From positions 28,705,231 through 28,769,230 of the forward strand of contig NC_083435.1 of NCBI RefSeq assembly GCF_020745735.1: a stretch of DNA of 64,000 nucleotides, in the 5' to 3' direction. This document shows positions 52,801 to 64,000 of this stretch, piece by piece. The DNA comes from Hemiscyllium ocellatum. Taxonomy: Eukaryota. Both the position numbers and the translations under genes were made by a program. The notes below the pieces were generated by a model. It was not told where the DNA came from. It saw only the letters and a list, made by a program, of their open reading frames with translations, and did no database searches. The number at the start of each line of letters is the position of its first letter. Within the stretch, counting starts at the first letter, position 1.

Positions 52801-54224
52801 TAATTAAGTGATCAATTTATGACAATATATTTTCAATCTAATACCAACTATCAGATTATTACAGCCCTTCAGGCTAACATAGAACCTCAAGCTAATTGCA
52901 CATAACATAGTTACAAAACCAATTCATTAAGCCAAACCAGTCTTTTAAAATCCTTTAAGAGAGATTGTCATTGCTGCCAAGAACATCATTAATTAAACAT
53001 CTCAAATGCACTTATGGAGGTGGCCATGAGGCATCTTCTTAAATTGTAACAGCGCTTGGTGTGTAGGCACATTCCAAATGCTTTGAGGAAGGGAGTTCCA
53101 GTCTTTTGAACCAGACAGTCAATTAATGATCCCATTCACTATCAGATTGCCATATGGCTTGGAAATGAACTTACAAATAAATGCCTGCAGCAATGTTGTT
53201 AGACCAATCTGCATGGCTTACATTAGATATCTTCCTTGCTCTAAGATACGATTCTAACCAATGGACTACCATTAATTTCAACTTTGCTACAATTGTTCCA
53301 TCCCACATTCAGTCAAATAGTCCTTGATACGAAGCTCTTGGTCACCTCATTGAGTTCTGATATTTTGTAATTTTGTTTAGTCATTTGGGGGAAATTGGCA
53401 TCACTGGCTGGCTACCATTGACAGCCCATCTGTATATGCCCTTGAGAAGGTGATGGTGGGTTGCCTTCTTGAATCGCTGCAGTCCACTTGCTGTGGATTG
53501 ACCCACAATGCTTACAGGAATGGAATTACAGGAGTTTGACTCAACAATTATGAAGGAGTTATGGTATATTTCCAAGTGAGGGTGGTATGTGGTTTGGAGG
53601 GGAACTTGCAGGTGGTGGTGTTCCCAAATACCTGCTGCCCTTGTCCTTCTAGATAGAAGTGGTTGTGGGTTTTGGAAAGTGCTGTCTAAGGATACTTGGT
53701 GAATTTGAAACAAAGCTGTAATGAGATCTGGCATGGAGTGGACCCAGAAGACCCCAAACTGAATGCAAATGAGATGGTTAAATGGCAATATATGGAATTG
53801 CAAATTACATTTTCCAGCACGTAATCAAGAATAAACTAACGGATTGATAGTTGGTGCAATTGCATTTCTGCTATGTTTTAGTTTTGGTCAGGATGTGCCT
53901 AGGCAATTTTCCATATTGTAGGGTAGATTCCAGTGTTGCAGTTGAAATAGACAACTTGTCTAGCATTGAGACTTGTTTAGTGCTCTCTGCATCATTATAG
54001 GGATATTGTCAGACCCCAGAGAACGCAATCATTTCAATAGAAATGAAATGGAAGACAAAATTAAGCCAACAGATCCTGGTTTGATGAATACAATTCAAAC
54101 ATAGCCGTAGACAAAACAAAAAACGACCAACTTCCTTTGTTAGAAATTGGAGATCACTATTTTGTACTTTACTTCTCATTAATGAAAGAACATTTAAATA
54201 TTGTGGCTGATTGTAGACATGCTT

Positions 54225-55338
54225 TAGTTGAGGCGAGATCTCATGGAATACAGGGGAACTAAACATTTGGATACAGAACAGGCTCAAAGGTAGAAGACAG
54301 AGGGTGGTGATGGAGGGTCGTTTTTCAGACTGGAAATCTGTGAACAATGGAGTGCCAGAAGGAACGGTGCTGGGTTCTCGAATTTTTGTCATTTACATAA
54401 ATGATTTGGATGCGAGCACAAGAGATACAATTAGTAAGTTTGCAGATGACACCAAAATTGGAGGTGTAGTGGACAGTGAAGAGGGTTGCCTCAGATTACA
54501 ACAGGATCTGGACCAGATGGGCCAATGGACTGAGAAGTGGCAGATGGAGGTTAATTCAGATATATGCAAGGTGCTGCATTTTGGGAGAGCAAATCTTAGC
54601 AGGACTTATACACTTAATGATAATGTACAAGGGAATGTTGCTGAACAAAGAGACCTTGGAGTGCAGGTTCGTAACTCCTTGAAAGTGGAGTCGCAGGTAG
54701 ATAGGATAGTGAAGAAGGCGTTTGGTATGCTTTTCTTTATTGGTCAGTGCATTGAGTACAGGAGTTGGGAGGTCAAGTTGCGGCTGTACAGGACATTGTT
54801 GGAATATTGCGTGCAGTTCTGGTCTCCTTGCTATCGGAAAGATGTTGTGAAACTTGAAAGGGTTCAGAAAAGATTTGGAAGGATGTTGCCAGGGTAGGTG
54901 GATCTGAGCTATAGGGAGAGGCTGAACAGGATTGGACTGTTTTTCCTGGAGCATCAGGAGGCTGAGGGAGGACCTTATAAATGTTTACAAAATTATGAGG
55001 GGTATGGATAGGGTAAATCCGCAAAGTCATTTCCCTGGGGTCAGGGAATCCAGAACTAGAGGGCATAGGTTTAGGGTAAGAGGGGGAAGATATAAAAGAG
55101 ACCAAAGGGGTAACTTTTTCCTCCAGAAGGTGGTGCGTATGTGGAATGAGGTTCCAGAGAAAGTGGCAACATTAATTGCAACATTTAAGAAGCATTTGGA
55201 TGGATATATGAATAGGAAGGGTTTGGAGGGATATGGGCCAGGTGCTGGCAGGTGGGACTAGATTGGGTTGGGATATCTGGTTGGCATGGATGTGTTGGAC
55301 CAAAGGGTCTGTTTCCGTGCTGTACATCTCTATGACTC
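54225..55338 (+). mobile_element. CR1/HER1 LINE RT + 3' UTR, unit B copy (197-aa open stretch 54304-54897)
   Basis: FVIYINDLD...ISKFADDTKIGG...LQQDLD...EYCVQFWSP; 5'-truncated, premature stop. Confidence 0.9.
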
Positions 55339-58300
55339 TAAACTCACACTTGATAATCATTTTAACTGCCTTTGAGGTCGCTGTCAATTAGATCTTCCAA
55401 TTCTTGTGAAAGGGAAAAGTTAAAATGAATCATGTCCTGAGTGATATTTGTATTCCTGTTTGTTTGGGGGCAATGCAGGAGAGTTAATTTGATGCAAAAC
55501 GATCGCTTTGGCCTTCATTGACCAAAAGTATCGTTGTCCCTGATGATTCTGAAAACTACCCGAAGGTCAAAAAGTAAAGAACTTTCGCAGAATATTGAAG
55601 CCAAGTGTGAACCATGTCGCCTGAAATATGTAAAAAAAATTCTTAAATTTAGACTTGAATTGCATTGTCATGTGTACTCAAGTACAGAAGTGCAGGAGTG
55701 CAGTGAAAAGTAGGCAATGTTGTCTCGCAGGGCACCATCTTAAGTACAAATGTACCTCTGTCCAAAAAAAAATTCAGGTGCAAAATAGTCAAAGAAACAA
55801 AGTTAAAAATTTAATCATTACCTTCATTGAATAAGTCGGAAAATAAAACAAAGGTCAGAGTCAAATTAAAGTCCTTCTTAATATAAACGAGAAAAATAAA
55901 AGAATAAAGTTCAAAGTTCAACAGTGTTTGATGAGTCTCCATTTTTCTCATTCTCCGGGAGAATTCAGTTGCCAGTTCTTAACCAAACCACCGCAGATAC
56001 TGGGGGAGGTCCCTCACAGCTCGCTCTTCCCGCTTTGGGCAGCAATGTCATTCCTGCTGCTGCTGCTGCTGCTGAAGCTGTCACCTCCCTGATCTCTTCC
56101 TCCAATTTCCCGAACATGTCAAGGTACTGTCAGAACCGGCTGAAAACCAGGCTGAGACACTGCCGTGGGCCACCGAGGGATTGGCTCGAGACATCATCAG
56201 GCAGCTCAGCAGAAGCTCAGAGGCTCAGATAGGTGGTAGATTAAAGTGTCAAGATTTGCTTCCAAAACAAATCAGCTCTTACTCATATTAGAATCTTCTG
56301 TTCGCTGTTTCTTAACAACAATATCTTTTGGAAACAAATAAATTCTGTAAGAAGTTGCTTATCTATGCAAAAATGAATTTGGAAAATTCAATGTGTTATT
56401 CTATTCAAACTGACGGACAATGTGCATAGAAGTCTAAACGTTTGTAGAATTGCAACTTTAAGCATTACAATTACAAAGTTAACATAAACTAATTTTTCCA
56501 ATTAGTCATTTAAACAAATTAAAACACACCAGTGCAAGGATATAATATTAGTTATGATTTCTTGACAAGGGCTAGTAAGCAAGGATTGCATCAACACTGC
56601 TTTTGTAACCTTGGAAGTATGGAAATAAGCTGCACAATCGTAGCGTCCCTGTCTCTAGGCTAGGAGGTATAGATAGAAGCCCCACCTGTGCAGAAAATGT
56701 CTCATAATTGGTCCAAGCAGTTTGGTTAAAACGAAATCTCGAAATCTTAGAGTCATTGTAGTAACATCTTTGATTAAAAGGCTTAGTGGTACAGTGGCAG
56801 TTTCACTGTGTCGAAGCCAGAACTATTGGTTCAAGTCAAACCTGATTCAGAGGTGTGCTATAACAGAGCTCAGCAGGTTGGTTACGGAATATCTATAGGC
56901 CTAACAGGGCCTGCTTGACCTTGCATCTGTAACTGTAAACTTTTCTGCCACTGTCTTCATTCTATTCTCTATCCCAACGTGTATTTTGATGTCAACTGAA
57001 GCTGAGGTGAATCAACTAATATAAAGTTGTCAAGACTTGCATTGGCTGCTGTTAAGTAGAACAACACATTAGAGTCGACAAAAACCATGCCTTGATTGTG
57101 CAATGAAAGGTAAAATAAATTTATCATCAAATGACAGTTTCCCGACCAATCCAAATCACTCTTCAGCTGATCTTGGGAAAGATGGCCTTGGTTTCCCAGC
57201 CGCAACTCTGGAGGGCACTGAGGGAAAAATGGGACAGATGATTATAGAGTGAGCAAAATCCAATTCATCCAAAATAATCCCCATAAGCCCCAATGATTTG
57301 CGTCAAAGAAATCCATCAAATCCTCAAACCCCAGCAATGAAACTGATCAGATACCTAAACCGATGTATAAACATTAAAATTCAAAAGACTTGTATACAGT
57401 TAAACACACAGAACATAAAACAATACAGCATAGAAACAGGTCCTAGCTTGTCTTTGTTGCTTAGGGCATTGAGGAGAAAAGTCATGTTGCAGCTGTACAG
57501 AGCTTTAGGTAGACCACATTTGATGTATTGCGTGCATGCTAGTCACCACACTGCAGGATGGAAGTTGTGGCTTTTCAAGGTGCAAAACAGATTTACCAGG
57601 ATGTGGCCTGAATTGGACTGTATTAGCTTTATGGAGAGATTGCACAAACTTGGAGAGATGGAGGCTGAGTATGACCTGATATAAGTATATTAAATTTGAA
57701 AAACATAAATAGGATAGATCATCAGAGTCTTTTTCACAAGATGGAAATATCAAATATTAGAATACATAACATTAAGGTGAAAGAGGGGGTAAGTTAAAGG
57801 GAGGAGATGGGTGAGGCAAGTCCTTTACACAGATGTAAGTATGTGCCTGGAAGTCAATGCCAGGGAAAGTAGTAGAAGCAAAAACCATAGTAATGTTTAA
57901 AAGGCATTAGACACACACGAACAGATCAGGAGTAGAGGGCTACAGGCCATGTTCAGACAGATGAAATTAGTTCGGAATGCCATTATGGTTGGCGCAGATA
58001 CGTTAGCTCTTACGGACCCAGAATTATGGGGAGAAAGTGTGAACAAGGTACTCAATTAATGATCAGCTATAGTCATATTGAATAGGAAAATAAATCTTCT
58101 TTGAACCTGCCTCAACCACACTTTCAGACAGTGCAGAACAAGTCAAGTTTGTATTCCCTTAGAAAATTAAAGGGGTGATTTGATGGAAGTTTAAAACATT
58201 AAAGAGAAAAGGATGTTAAATGATAATCGATGTTAAATCATAGTCATAAATTCATGGGAACACTGAAAACAGGAGCTGAACTAGGCCACTCAGCCCTTCG

Positions 58301-59712
58301 AGCCTGCTCACTCATTCAGCATGATCATGGCTGATCATCTTTCAGAAAGTCAACTTTGGAAGCATAGGCACATCCTCAGTCAAATGGAGAGGCAGAAAGT
58401 CAATGCAACACAACAAACCTAACTGGGAATTAACTCCACTCAGTTATAGAACAACACTGTCGATTAATGGGCACTCATCAGCGGAATTGTTCAAGGGGAT
58501 GCCCTTGAAGGTGGATGCACTAGTTTTAGAACATGACCTCAGGCCACATATAAACTCTGAAATCTGTGAGAAGGTAAAGCAACTAGAGAAAATGTCTCAA
58601 CATAAAAGCAGTAAAGGTACAGCAACTCTGGACAGAGTGAAAAACATCAAACTTAAATGCAAGGTAGAAAGCCTGGTTAAAATATAACAACCAACTGCAG
58701 AGTCTGGCCATGCTGAAAAAAAATTGCCCTTACCGCGGATCAATTGCATTAAAATTCCTTGTTATTATCAGTTCTGAAGAAAGGTCACTGGACACAAAAT
58801 ATCAATTCAACTTTTCCTCTGCGGTTTTCCAGCAATGTTTGCTTTTGTTGCAGGAAGTTTGATTTATGGATAGGAAGTCAAACAGCTCGGTCATCAGAGA
58901 AACAAATCATCAGAAGTTTAACCTTGTCAGAAGACCTGAGGGCATATTCAGGACGGACAGGAAGGGATTGGTCTGACGTGAGACTAGCAGCATGTCCAAG
59001 AATGATTGTCAGAGGAGGAAGACGAATACCCATACAGTGTCACACAGAGTGAATCAGCCATTTCAGACGGTACAACATCATCAGCTTCGAGTTGAAATCA
59101 AGCAAACACGATCATTTCGTCTAGTCAGAGTTTCTGATTGGTGCAACCTGAGAGAATTGGCTGTAGTGGCATCAAGACAATATTTTCATTTATATAAGCA
59201 AATTCAATGTCAGCAAGCAAAAAGAAACTCCCAGAATAGTGCAGACCAGGTAGAGAGAAACTTGGGGCGAGATCTCAAAAAATAATCTTAAAGCGCATGG
59301 GAGATTTATACAAGTGATGATGGTTAAATGATGATGTGACTAACATCAGTGAAAGGGGAGATACGGGACTGTTGTGAATATGAAAGATAGAGACAGGGCT
59401 TAGTTCTGTGTGTTAACTTGAAGACTTTAGATGCAAATACAATCATGTCAAAATGCATAGGATCTGGATGATTTGCTTAAAGGGACCAGCAAACAATTTG
59501 ATGCTCAGTGTATGTGCAAATACCCACAGCACAAATCCCCAGACCAGTACCTTAATGCCTAAGTACCAATCTGGCTTAACAGATAAGCTACAGTATATTG
59601 AGGGCAAGACAGACACGATGCTCAGATTCCACCCACCAGACTGTAATGTTAACACCAACTGTCCAACCAAAGTTAATTGGAGTTCCCCTTTTTGAATGAC
59701 ACCACACGTACA

Positions 59713-59740
59713 TCAGACACTGGCAATAGAAATGTTTGAG
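59713..59740 (-). pseudogene. Remnant of the MHC class I last exon in unit B (TM exon and tail acceptor deleted)
   Basis: Matches 25062-25089; sequence then jumps to the equivalent of 25723. Confidence 0.6.
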
Positions 59741-62335
59741 AATGGAGAGAAATAAGGTGAGAGAAAGGAAAAGAGAAATAGAATTAATGTGAAATTTCAT
59801 AAATTGTGCTGTAATAGGTCATTCAGCCCAACCTGTCCATGCTTGTCTTGACTGAATTATCGCATTTAATGTACAGATGGAGGCCAGTTGAACCATCACG
59901 TCTGTACCAGTTAATTCTCCTACCAGGTTCTTCTTCAATATTTCCTAGTCTTCACCTATTATCATTGCAATGCATTCCTCCCTCCCTCATATTTGTCAAG
60001 CGCATTTCTAGCGTTCAGTCCAACCACTCCACCGTGAGTGAGTTCCACATCCTCACCATTGTTTGTTTTAAGAGGTGTATTCCAAGTTCCCTATTAGATT
60101 TCTACAAATGAGAAACGCTCTCTTGCAATCCATGTTACAAAGATTTCCATCATGATAAAGATGACCAAGGGGGTCACCTTTCTGTTTTCCAGGGAAATTG
60201 GGAGCCAGCCTGTCAATCCATTCTTGGTAGATATTGACATGTTATCCTGGCACACCCTCTCTAGTACAGGATCCTAACTGGGACCTCTGCTGTTTGTGAT
60301 ATATATAAATGACTTGAATGAAAATATGAATGGGTGCATTAGTAAATTTTCAGATGGCACAACGATCGGTCGATATGTGGATAGAGGAGAAATTGTCAAA
60401 GGATACAGTGGTATATAGGAAAGTTGCAGATATGACCGGACAAATAGCAGAAGGAGTAAGTGTGAGGATCTACACTTTGGGAGATCAGATGTTAAGGAAA
60501 AGTACACAGTTGATGGCAGAACCCTGAACAGCATTGATGTACAGAGGGATCTTGGAGTTCAAGTCCATAGCTCCACAAAAGTGGTCATATAACAAGCTAA
60601 GTTAGTAAAGAAAGCATATGACATGCTTTGTTTTACTGGTCAGGTAATTAAAATCAAGAGTCAGGATGTCATGGTGGCTCAGTGTTTAGAACTGCTGGCT
60701 CACAGTGCCCGGGACCCGGGTTTGATTCTAGCCTCGGGTGACTATCTGTGTGGAATTTGCACATTCTGCCTGTTTGTAACTAATCTCGATGCTGTCTTGT
60801 TTAATATCTCGTACCACAATCTCCGCCCCTAAAATATTCTCCTTTTCCTGAGTGAAAACCGATGAGAAATGTCAGTTTAGCACCTCTCCGATTTCCATAG
60901 GGCCCACACTCAACTTCCCACTTCTGTTTTTGACTGGCCCTATTCCTACCTTTATCATCTTTTTATTCCTCACATACATATAGAAAGCTTCGCGCTCTCC
61001 TTTATTCTATTTGCAGAAGACTGCTCTTGTCGTGTCTTTGCTCTTCTTAACTCTCTCTTTAGATTCTTTCTAGCTGATCTGTAACTCTCCATCGCCTCAT
61101 CTGAACCATCTTGCATCATCAACACATAAGCTGCCTTCTGCTGAACAAGAGATGCAATTTCTGTAGTTAACCACGATTCCCTTACCTTACGATTTCCTCC
61201 CTGCCTGACAGGGACATGTGTACCAAGGACACACAATATCTATTCGTTAAACCAGCTCCACATTTCCATTGTCTGCATGCCCTGCATTTTGATACCCCAT
61301 TCTATGCATCCTAATTCTTGCCCAATTGCATTATATTTACCCATGCCCCATCGATAACTCTTGACCTGTGGCATGTACCTTACCCTTTCCATCGCAAAAC
61401 TATATGTAACTGTATTATGGACACTCTCTCCAAAGTGCTCAACCTACAACTAAATCAAAATCCTGGCCTTGTTCTTCACCAAGCTCCAGATCCAGTGTGG
61501 CTTCCCGTTTTGTCGGTTCTTCGACATACTGTGTCAGGAAACCTTCCTGCACACATTGGATAAAAACTGATCCATCTGACGTACGAGATTTATAGCATTT
61601 CCAGCCAATGTTGGGGAAATTAAAATCCCCCACAATGACCACCCCGTTCCTTTCAATCTTACCCATCCTAATTCTGCCAATCCTCTCTTCCAGCTCCCTG
61701 GAACGCTGCAGAGGCCTATAAAAAACTCCAAGCAGCGTGACCTCTCCTCTCCTGTTTCAAACCTCAGCCCACACTTCCTCAGTACAGGAGTCCTTGTCAA
61801 AAGTTCTCTCAGCCACCATTATACTATCCTTGACTAACAAGGCCACACGTCACCCTCTTTTTCCACCTTTCCTGTTCTTAATGAAAAATATCAATCTGGA
61901 ATCTGTGACATCCATTCCTCACCCTACTCTATCCTTGCCTCCGAAATAGACACAACATCGAAGTCTCAAGTACCTGTCCATGCTGCAAGGTCACCAACCT
62001 TATTTTGCATACCTCTAGAGTTGAAGTAGACACACTTTAAATCAGTTTGTCTAGGGAAATTTTGGGCAATAAATTCAACCTAAACAGCAACACCCGTATC
62101 ATATGAACGACTTTAAAAAAAAATGTCCTCATATGGTTATATTCCAGAATACACTGGGCATTGTCCTCTCGTAGAACCTCAGGGTATGCTCTCACTTTTC
62201 ATATTATAACATGAAGATTTTGTTGCAATGTAATATCACAGGTCTTGTTGCACTCTGAAAATTTGAGGATATGTAAGATGTCTATAAACTCCATTTCACC
62301 ATCCCGGGACATTTTGTACATATGGCCATACTGTA

Positions 62336-63796
62336 ATGCTCGAGGATACAAAAGTCCTGTCATACTGCAATCCATACTGTGGTCCTCATTGTACTCTAAC
62401 ATCCCAAGATAGAGCTCTCCGCTTCTTCCTGTCCCGCCGCACCAACCAGAACCCATCCACTGACACCCTCCTTCGACTGACTGAACTGGTCCTCACCCAG
62501 AATAACTGCTCTTTTCAATCCTCCCACTTACTCCAAACTAAAGTAGTTGCCATGGGCACCCGCATGGGCCCCAGCTATGCCTGTCTCTTCGTAGGATATG
62601 TGGAACAGTCCATCTTCCGCAACTACACTGGCACCACCCCCCACCTTTTCCTCCGCTACATCGATGACTGTATCGGCGCTGCCTCGTGCTCCCACGAGGA
62701 GGTTGAACAGTTCATCAACTTTACTAACACCTTCCATCCTGACCTCAAATTCACCTGGACTGTCTCTGATTCCTCCCTCCCCTTCCTAGACCTTTCCATT
62801 TCTATCTCAAGTGACCGACTCAACACAGACATCTACTATAAACCGACTGACTCCCACAGCTATCTGGACTACACCTCCTCCCACCCTGCCCCCTGTAAAA
62901 ACTCCATCCCATATTCCCAATTCCTTCGTCTCCGTCGCATCTGCTCCCAGGAGGACCAGTTCCAACACCGCACAGCCCAGATGGCCTCCTTCTTCAAAGA
63001 CCGCAGATTCCCCCCAAACGTGATCGACGATGCCCTCCATCGCATCTCCTCCACTTCCCGGTCCTCCGCCCTTGAGCCCCGCCCATCCAACTGCCACCAA
63101 GACAGAACCCCACTGGTTTTCACCTACCACCCCACCAACCTCCGTATACAGCGTATCATCCGCAGTCATTTCCGCCACCTCCAAACGGACCCCACCACCA
63201 GGGATATATTTCCCTCCCCTCCCCTATCAGCGTTCCGCAAAGACCACTCCCTTCGTGACTCCCTCGTCAGGTCCACACCCCCCACCAACCCAACCTCCAC
63301 TCCCGGAAACTTCCCCTGCAACCGCAGGAAATGTAAAACTAGCGCCCACACCTCCACACTCACTTCCCTCCAAGGCCCCAAGGGATCCTTCCATATCCGC
63401 CACAAGTTCACCTGTACCTCCACACACATCATCTATTGCATCCGCTGCACCCGATGTGGCCTCGTCTACATTGGGGAGACGGGCTGCTTACTTGCGGAAC
63501 GCTTCAGAGAACACCTCAGGGACGCCCGGACCAACCAACACAACCACCCCGTGGCTCAACACTTTAACTCTCCCTCCCACTCCACCGAGGACATGCAGGT
63601 CCTTGGACTCCTCCACCGGCAAAACATAACAACACGACGGTTGGAGGAAGAGCACCTCATCTTCCGCCTGGCAACCCTCCAACCACTAGGGATGAACTCA
63701 GATTTCTCCAGTTTCCTCATTTCCCCTCCCCCCACCTTATCTCAGTCAGTTCCCTCAACTCAGCACCGCCCTCCTAAACTGCAATCTTCTTCCTAA
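62336..63796 (+). CDS. Penelope RT (C-terminal part) + GIY-YIG endonuclease, open frame 486 aa; first ~25 aa are host flank
   Basis: MGTRMGPSYACLFVG, LRYIDD, PFLDL, YYKPTD, IIYCIRC..C..VYIGETG, ERFREH, VAQHF, RLEE. Lacks the N-terminal RT motifs. Confidence 0.85.
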   Translation: MLEDTKVLSYCNPYCGPHCTLTSQDRALRFFLSRRTNQNPSTDTLLRLTELVLTQNNCSFQSSHLLQTKVVAMGTRMGPSYACLFVGYVEQSIFRNYTGTTPHLFLRYIDDCIGAASCSHEEVEQFINFTNTFHPDLKFTWTVSDSSLPFLDLSISISSDRLNTDIYYKPTDSHSYLDYTSSHPAPCKNSIPYSQFLRLRRICSQEDQFQHRTAQMASFFKDRRFPPNVIDDALHRISSTSRSSALEPRPSNCHQDRTPLVFTYHPTNLRIQRIIRSHFRHLQTDPTTRDIFPSPPLSAFRKDHSLRDSLVRSTPPTNPTSTPGNFPCNRRKCKTSAHTSTLTSLQGPKGSFHIRHKFTCTSTHIIYCIRCTRCGLVYIGETGCLLAERFREHLRDARTNQHNHPVAQHFNSPSHSTEDMQVLGLLHRQNITTRRLEEEHLIFRLATLQPLGMNSDFSSFLISPPPTLSQSVPSTQHRPPKLQSSS

Positions 63797-64000
63797 CCTC
63801 TCCGCCCCCACCCCACTCCGGCCTATCACCCTCACCTTGACCTCCTTCCACCTATCACATCTCCATCGCCCCTCCCCCAAGTCCCTCCTCCCTACCTTTT
63901 ATCTTAACCTGCCTGGCACCCTCTCCTCATTCCTGATGAGGGGCTTATGCCTGAAACGTCGAATTTCCTATTCCTTGGATGCTGCCTGACCTGCTGTGCT
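62411..64000 (+). mobile_element. Young 5'-truncated Penelope-like retroelement; unit B only, runs off window
   Basis: Homology to unit A stops at atcccaagat (62410); C-rich coding strand; pLTR/3' end ttggatgctgcctgacctgctgtgct. Confidence 0.93.
63929..63964 (+). ncRNA. Minimal type I hammerhead ribozyme in Penelope pLTR
   Basis: attc CTGATGA g gggc-ttat-gcct GAAAC GTC gaat: full core, stem II GGGC/GCCU, palindromic ACGU stem III, stem I AUUC/GAAU. Confidence 0.8.

Larger units (their letters stand above)
34561..62410 (+). repeat. Tandem segmental duplication, unit B (interrupted at 62411 by a Penelope insertion)
   Basis: Same order of genes, SINEs, LINEs and LTR pieces as 1-29490, with paired ORFs (e.g. 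4517..5389/39740..40609, 23752..24036/58403..58687). Confidence 0.97.

Noticed and set aside
54304-54897. 197-aa RT ORF as a functional gene
   Set aside because: 5'-truncated CR1 fragment with a premature stop; the unit A twin is frameshifted.
1-62410. Duplication as a false haplotig assembly artefact
   Set aside because: About 10% divergence, unit-specific TE insertions and large indels far exceed allelic variation over most of the unit (only 23.7-24.5 kb is near-identical).
62528-63682. Several overlapping antisense and alternate-frame ORFs (up to 199 aa)
   Set aside because: Shadows of the C-rich Penelope ORF.

Overview
Eukaryotic genomic DNA from a cartilaginous fish (inferred from HE1-type and SacSINE/DeuSINE-type SINEs, CR1/HER1 LINEs and shark-type genes; bamboo-shark-like, not proven). 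The window holds about 1.85 copies of a head-to-tail ~34.5-kb tandem block (1-~29,490 matches 34,561-~62,410). Each block carries, on the minus strand, a two-exon GPR139-like class A GPCR gene (copy 1: 12074-12011 + 5406-4517, 317 aa; copy 2: 46831-46783 + 40626-39740, 311 aa with a 15-bp in-frame TM1 deletion) and an MHC class I heavy-chain (pseudo)gene that the ORF track largely hides. Copy 1 shows alpha2, alpha3, TM and cytoplasmic exons at 31366-25062, disabled by stops and frameshifts; copy 2 has lost its TM exon and the start of the tail exon to a 633-bp deletion, and its remaining exons would lie beyond the window. The rest is mostly TE debris: a rearranged Gypsy element forming a ~2-kb palindrome in the GPCR intron, Penelope-like elements (one young, with an open GIY-YIG ORF and a minimal hammerhead ribozyme), CR1 LINE pieces, SINEs and minisatellites. 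All alignments and counts were done by eye and are approximate.
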